DNA of 64,000 nucleotides from Gammaproteobacteria bacterium (GTDB lineage Bacteria; Pseudomonadota; Gammaproteobacteria; Pseudomonadales; JANQJO01): NCBI GenBank assembly GCA_031409375.1, contig JANNXD010000139.1, positions 27,944 to 91,943 of the forward strand, read 5' to 3'. Shown piece by piece: positions 60,728 to 64,000 of this stretch (position 1 is its first letter; each line of letters starts with the position of its first letter). The notes under the pieces were generated by a model. It saw only the letters and a program-made list of their open reading frames with translations, ran no database searches and was not told where the DNA came from. The position numbers and the translations under genes were made by a program.

Positions 60728-63163
60728 ATGATTAAAATGAGTGAAGCTTGGATACGCGAGTGGTGTGATGCCCCGTTGGATACGGCAGCCATGGTCCGAA
60801 AGCTGACTATGGCTGGCTTGGAAATTGACGGCACGGAAGCGGTGGCACCCATGTTCTCGGGTGTGATCGTGGGTCTTGTGCAGCAAGTGGCGCCGCACCC
60901 GAATGCTGATCGCTTGCAGGTGTGTCAGATACAGATTCATGCTCAATCTACTTTTGAAAAACAGGTGACTATTGTTTGTGGTGCACCGAATGTCGCTGCG
61001 GGTCAGCGCGTGGCGGTTGCATTGCCGGGTGCAGTATTGCCCAATGATTTTGTCATTGCTGAGCGTGCCGTGCGCAAAATTGTTTCGCACGGCATGTTGT
61101 GCAGTCAAGTTGAATTGGGTTTGGCGGAAGCCAGTGACGGTATTTGGGTATTGCTCAGTGATGCGCCGATCGGCACTGATTTGCGTGTTTATATGCAATA
61201 TGACGATCAGGTTTTATTGGGCGACTTTACCCCGAATCGCGGCGACTGCTTAAGTATTAAAGGACTTGCACGTGAGTTGTCCGCTCTGAGTCTTCAGCCA
61301 TTAAAGCGAACAGTAATGGATGCGGTCGTGGTGAGCAGCCAACGCCAACTTTGTATTGACATACAAGCGCCGCAAGCGTGTTGGCATTATTATGGACGTG
61401 TCATCGACAATATCAATCCGTTAGCGCGAACGCCGTTATGGATGCAAGAAAAATTACGTCGTGCCGGTTTGCGGACGGTCAGCCCTGTCGTTGATGTTAC
61501 CAATTACGTTTTGCTCGAGCTTGGTCAACCTTTGCATGCATTTGATCTCGAACAACTACAAGGTGATGTGCAGGTGCGCATGGCGATTGCCAATGAAAAA
61601 CTGGTTTTATTAGACGAGCGCGAAGTCGCATTAAAAACCAGTAGTTTAGTGATTGCCGATAATTCTGGCGCCATAGCTTTAGCCGGTCTCATGGGTGGTC
61701 ATTCAACGCGGGTTACCGAAGCTACGACGCAAATTTTTCTCGAGTGCGCATGTTTTGCGCCGCGTGCGATTGCCGGTCAAGCGCGTTTATATGGTTTGCA
61801 AACGGATTCGGCGCATCGGTTTGAGCGCGGAGTGGATATCGAAGGTCAGTTAGTCGCTTTAGAATATGCCTCTGCCTTGTTGTTGCAAATTGTCGGCGGT
61901 CAAGCTGGTCCGATCACGCAGGCGCATAGCGCAGAACTTGCTTTGATTGAAGATGCGCAGCGCCTAAGTATTACGTTAACCGCAGAACGCTTGAAACGGG
62001 TACTGGGTTTTGATTTTCCATTGGTGCAAGTTGAGTCGATTTTAACGCGTTTGGGTTTTGCGGTTTCCGCGCCGTCAGTATCAATTGAAAATTCCGCTTG
62101 GCAGATCACGCCACCGAGTTTTCGTTTTGATATTCAGCGGGATGTTGATCTGATCGAAGAGTTGGCACGGGTTTATGGTTATGATCAGGTGCCGAGTCAT
62201 TTACCTAAGTTGACGCTGCAGCCACCGCGTGGTGAGCAGTGGTTGGCTTCACAAGGTGTGCAGCAGGCGCATCGACTATTAGTGGATCTTGGGTATAGCG
62301 AGGCGATGACCTACAGTTTTGTGGATCCCCATTTGCAGCGCGTTTTATCAGTGGATGTGGCGGCGGTGATTAATGTGGTGAATCCCATTTCGGCTGATCT
62401 TTCCCAAATGCGCTGCAATTTATGGGTAGGGTTATTACAGGCTGTTGAGCGCAATCAAAAGCGTCAAATTGAGTCGCTGAAATTATTTGAAAGTGGTTTA
62501 ACCTTTGTGCGCTCACCTGGCTTGCAGCAAAAATTTAAAATCGCAGGTATCTGGGCAGGCAATCAAACGCCGTTAAACTGGCACCACAAGTCATTGCCAG
62601 TAGATTTTTTTGCAATCAAAGCGGATGTTGAGCGTTTATTGTTGGCGTTTGCTTTAACCGATGTTGATTGGCAAAAAGCCGAGCATCCCGCGCTGCATCC
62701 AGGGCAAAGTGCGCAGTTATTGGTGGGCAATCAGCCACTGGGTTGGTTGGGGCTAGTTCATCCTGCTGTGTTAAAAGCCTTTGATCTACAAGGCAATGTT
62801 TATGTTTTTGAGCTAGACTTTGATCTGCTCGTGGCAGGCAAAGCGCTGGTAGCATCAAAGCCTTTTGTTGAAGTGAGCCGGTTTCCAGAAATACGTCGTG
62901 ACCTGGCCATTTGTGTGGTCAATAGCGTCAGCATTGCGCAGGTGTTGCAAACCATTCGTGAAACCCAAGTTTTGTTATTAAGGGATTTTCAGTTGTTTGA
63001 CGTCTACCAAGGACCCGGCATAGCCAATGACCACAAGAGCCTGGCGTTGGCGCTGTGTTTTCAACATAAAGAGCGCACGCTAACAGAGTTGGAAGTTGAA
63101 GCAGCGATGACGGCGATCAAGCAGCAGTTGATCACGCAGCTGCGGGCAACTTTACGGGAATAA
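60728..63163 (+). CDS. pheT: Phenylalanine--tRNA ligase beta subunit
   Basis: HPNADRL, TPNRGDCLS, RFERGVD, DLIEELAR and RRDLA. Confidence 0.97.
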   Translation: MIKMSEAWIREWCDAPLDTAAMVRKLTMAGLEIDGTEAVAPMFSGVIVGLVQQVAPHPNADRLQVCQIQIHAQSTFEKQVTIVCGAPNVAAGQRVAVALPGAVLPNDFVIAERAVRKIVSHGMLCSQVELGLAEASDGIWVLLSDAPIGTDLRVYMQYDDQVLLGDFTPNRGDCLSIKGLARELSALSLQPLKRTVMDAVVVSSQRQLCIDIQAPQACWHYYGRVIDNINPLARTPLWMQEKLRRAGLRTVSPVVDVTNYVLLELGQPLHAFDLEQLQGDVQVRMAIANEKLVLLDEREVALKTSSLVIADNSGAIALAGLMGGHSTRVTEATTQIFLECACFAPRAIAGQARLYGLQTDSAHRFERGVDIEGQLVALEYASALLLQIVGGQAGPITQAHSAELALIEDAQRLSITLTAERLKRVLGFDFPLVQVESILTRLGFAVSAPSVSIENSAWQITPPSFRFDIQRDVDLIEELARVYGYDQVPSHLPKLTLQPPRGEQWLASQGVQQAHRLLVDLGYSEAMTYSFVDPHLQRVLSVDVAAVINVVNPISADLSQMRCNLWVGLLQAVERNQKRQIESLKLFESGLTFVRSPGLQQKFKIAGIWAGNQTPLNWHHKSLPVDFFAIKADVERLLLAFALTDVDWQKAEHPALHPGQSAQLLVGNQPLGWLGLVHPAVLKAFDLQGNVYVFELDFDLLVAGKALVASKPFVEVSRFPEIRRDLAICVVNSVSIAQVLQTIRETQVLLLRDFQLFDVYQGPGIANDHKSLALALCFQHKERTLTELEVEAAMTAIKQQLITQLRATLRE

Positions 63164-63187
63164 CGTTGTTCGCTACAGGATGCCATT

Positions 63188-63490
63188 ATGACGGCACTGA
63201 CCAAACAAGATCTTGCTGAACGATTATCGAGCGACTACGGTTTGGGTAAGCGTGATGCCAAACAGTTAGTCGAAATTTTTTTTGAAACTATTCGTCATGC
63301 ACTTGAAAACAATCAAGAAGTTAAGTTGTCCAGCTTTGGCAATTTTGATTTAAAAAACAAAACCCCCCGCCCTGGTCGGAATCCCAAAACTGGCGAAGAA
63401 ATTCCTATTAGCGCCAGACGTGTCGTCACTTTTAAAGCTGGCCAAAAGCTTAAGCAAAGAGTGGAAGCGCACACTAAGCCGGTTGGTTAG
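63188..63490 (+). CDS. ihfA: Integration host factor alpha
   Basis: [25 protein letters not shown]; follows pheT. Confidence 0.96.
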   Translation: MTALTKQDLAERLSSDYGLGKRDAKQLVEIFFETIRHALENNQEVKLSSFGNFDLKNKTPRPGRNPKTGEEIPISARRVVTFKAGQKLKQRVEAHTKPVG

Positions 63491-63523
63491 CTTACCGTTA
63501 TATGGCGGTTTGCTTAAAATGAA

Positions 63524-63985
63524 TTAAGGAGGACTCATTGACAGCCTATAAATCGCCGCATCTTCGCGCCCCTCATCGCATGGGTAATAGTTTTTACGCG
63601 TGCCAATCAATTCAAATTGCCATTTTGCATATAATTTTTTTGCGGCACGATTGCTTTGACGCACTTCGAGCAAGATGCTGATAAGTTGTTGCGATTTGGC
63701 AAAATGGATGCAGTGGCGCATCAGTTGCTGGCCATAGCCTTGGTTTTGATAGTCGGTTGCTACGCAAATATTTAACAGATGTAATTCATCGACCACTGAC
63801 TGGACAATCAAGTAACCAATTGTTTGATCATCTTGGCATAACAGCCAGCTGACGTATTGTGGTTGAAGGCAGTCTTTAAATGAGGATTCTGGCCAAGGGT
63901 AACGATAAGCTTGTTGCTCGATGCGCAGTACATCGGACACATCACTGGCTTGCATCAGCCGTAGTATCGAGGTTGTATTGGTCAT
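63524..63985 (-). CDS. rimI: Ribosomal protein S18 alanine N-acetyltransferase
   Basis: YPW, LHLLNICV..QNQGYG, LEVRQSN and RKNYY..REDA. Confidence 0.92.
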   Translation of the reverse strand: MTNTTSILRLMQASDVSDVLRIEQQAYRYPWPESSFKDCLQPQYVSWLLCQDDQTIGYLIVQSVVDELHLLNICVATDYQNQGYGQQLMRHCIHFAKSQQLISILLEVRQSNRAAKKLYAKWQFELIGTRKNYYPCDEGREDAAIYRLSMSPP

Positions 63986-64000
63986 AGTTGTGATTTCAAA

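Overview
This window looks like Gammaproteobacterial chromosomal DNA. From left to right it holds: (1) the tail of a Wzx/Wzy surface-polysaccharide operon (1-10.5 kb); (2) an accessory conflict island (about 10.6-26.2 kb), mostly bracketed by an intact SEC-C gene and its decayed copy; (3) renalase-like, cbpAM, ATP-grasp, EI24, wzi and DUF4139 genes; (4) an orphan PKS-NRPS hybrid plus a PLP enzyme; (5) a partly duplicated pilW-pilX-pilY1-pilW-pilX' minor-pilin locus with a 184-bp MITE; (6) core genes: hinT, ycaR, an ArsC-family gene, an unannotated 38-aa bTHX ribosomal protein, tRNA-Asn, thrS-infC-rpmI-rplT-pheST-ihfA and rimI. The island carries an Abi HEPN gene with an upstream structured element, IS30 and RHS scars, a 2329-aa secreted SpvB/FG-GAP/RHS toxin with a lipoprotein immunity candidate, three small secreted proteins resembling AB5 (StxB-like) B subunits, an Rpn pseudogene, a Y1/HUH transposase with an irregular TACGTGTC array, and an AAA_14-DUF4143 ATPase. 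The best novelty candidates are the B-subunit-like trio around the RHS toxin, the HUH transposase with its array, and the Abi gene with its putative RNA. All calls come from motif recognition by eye; no searches were run.
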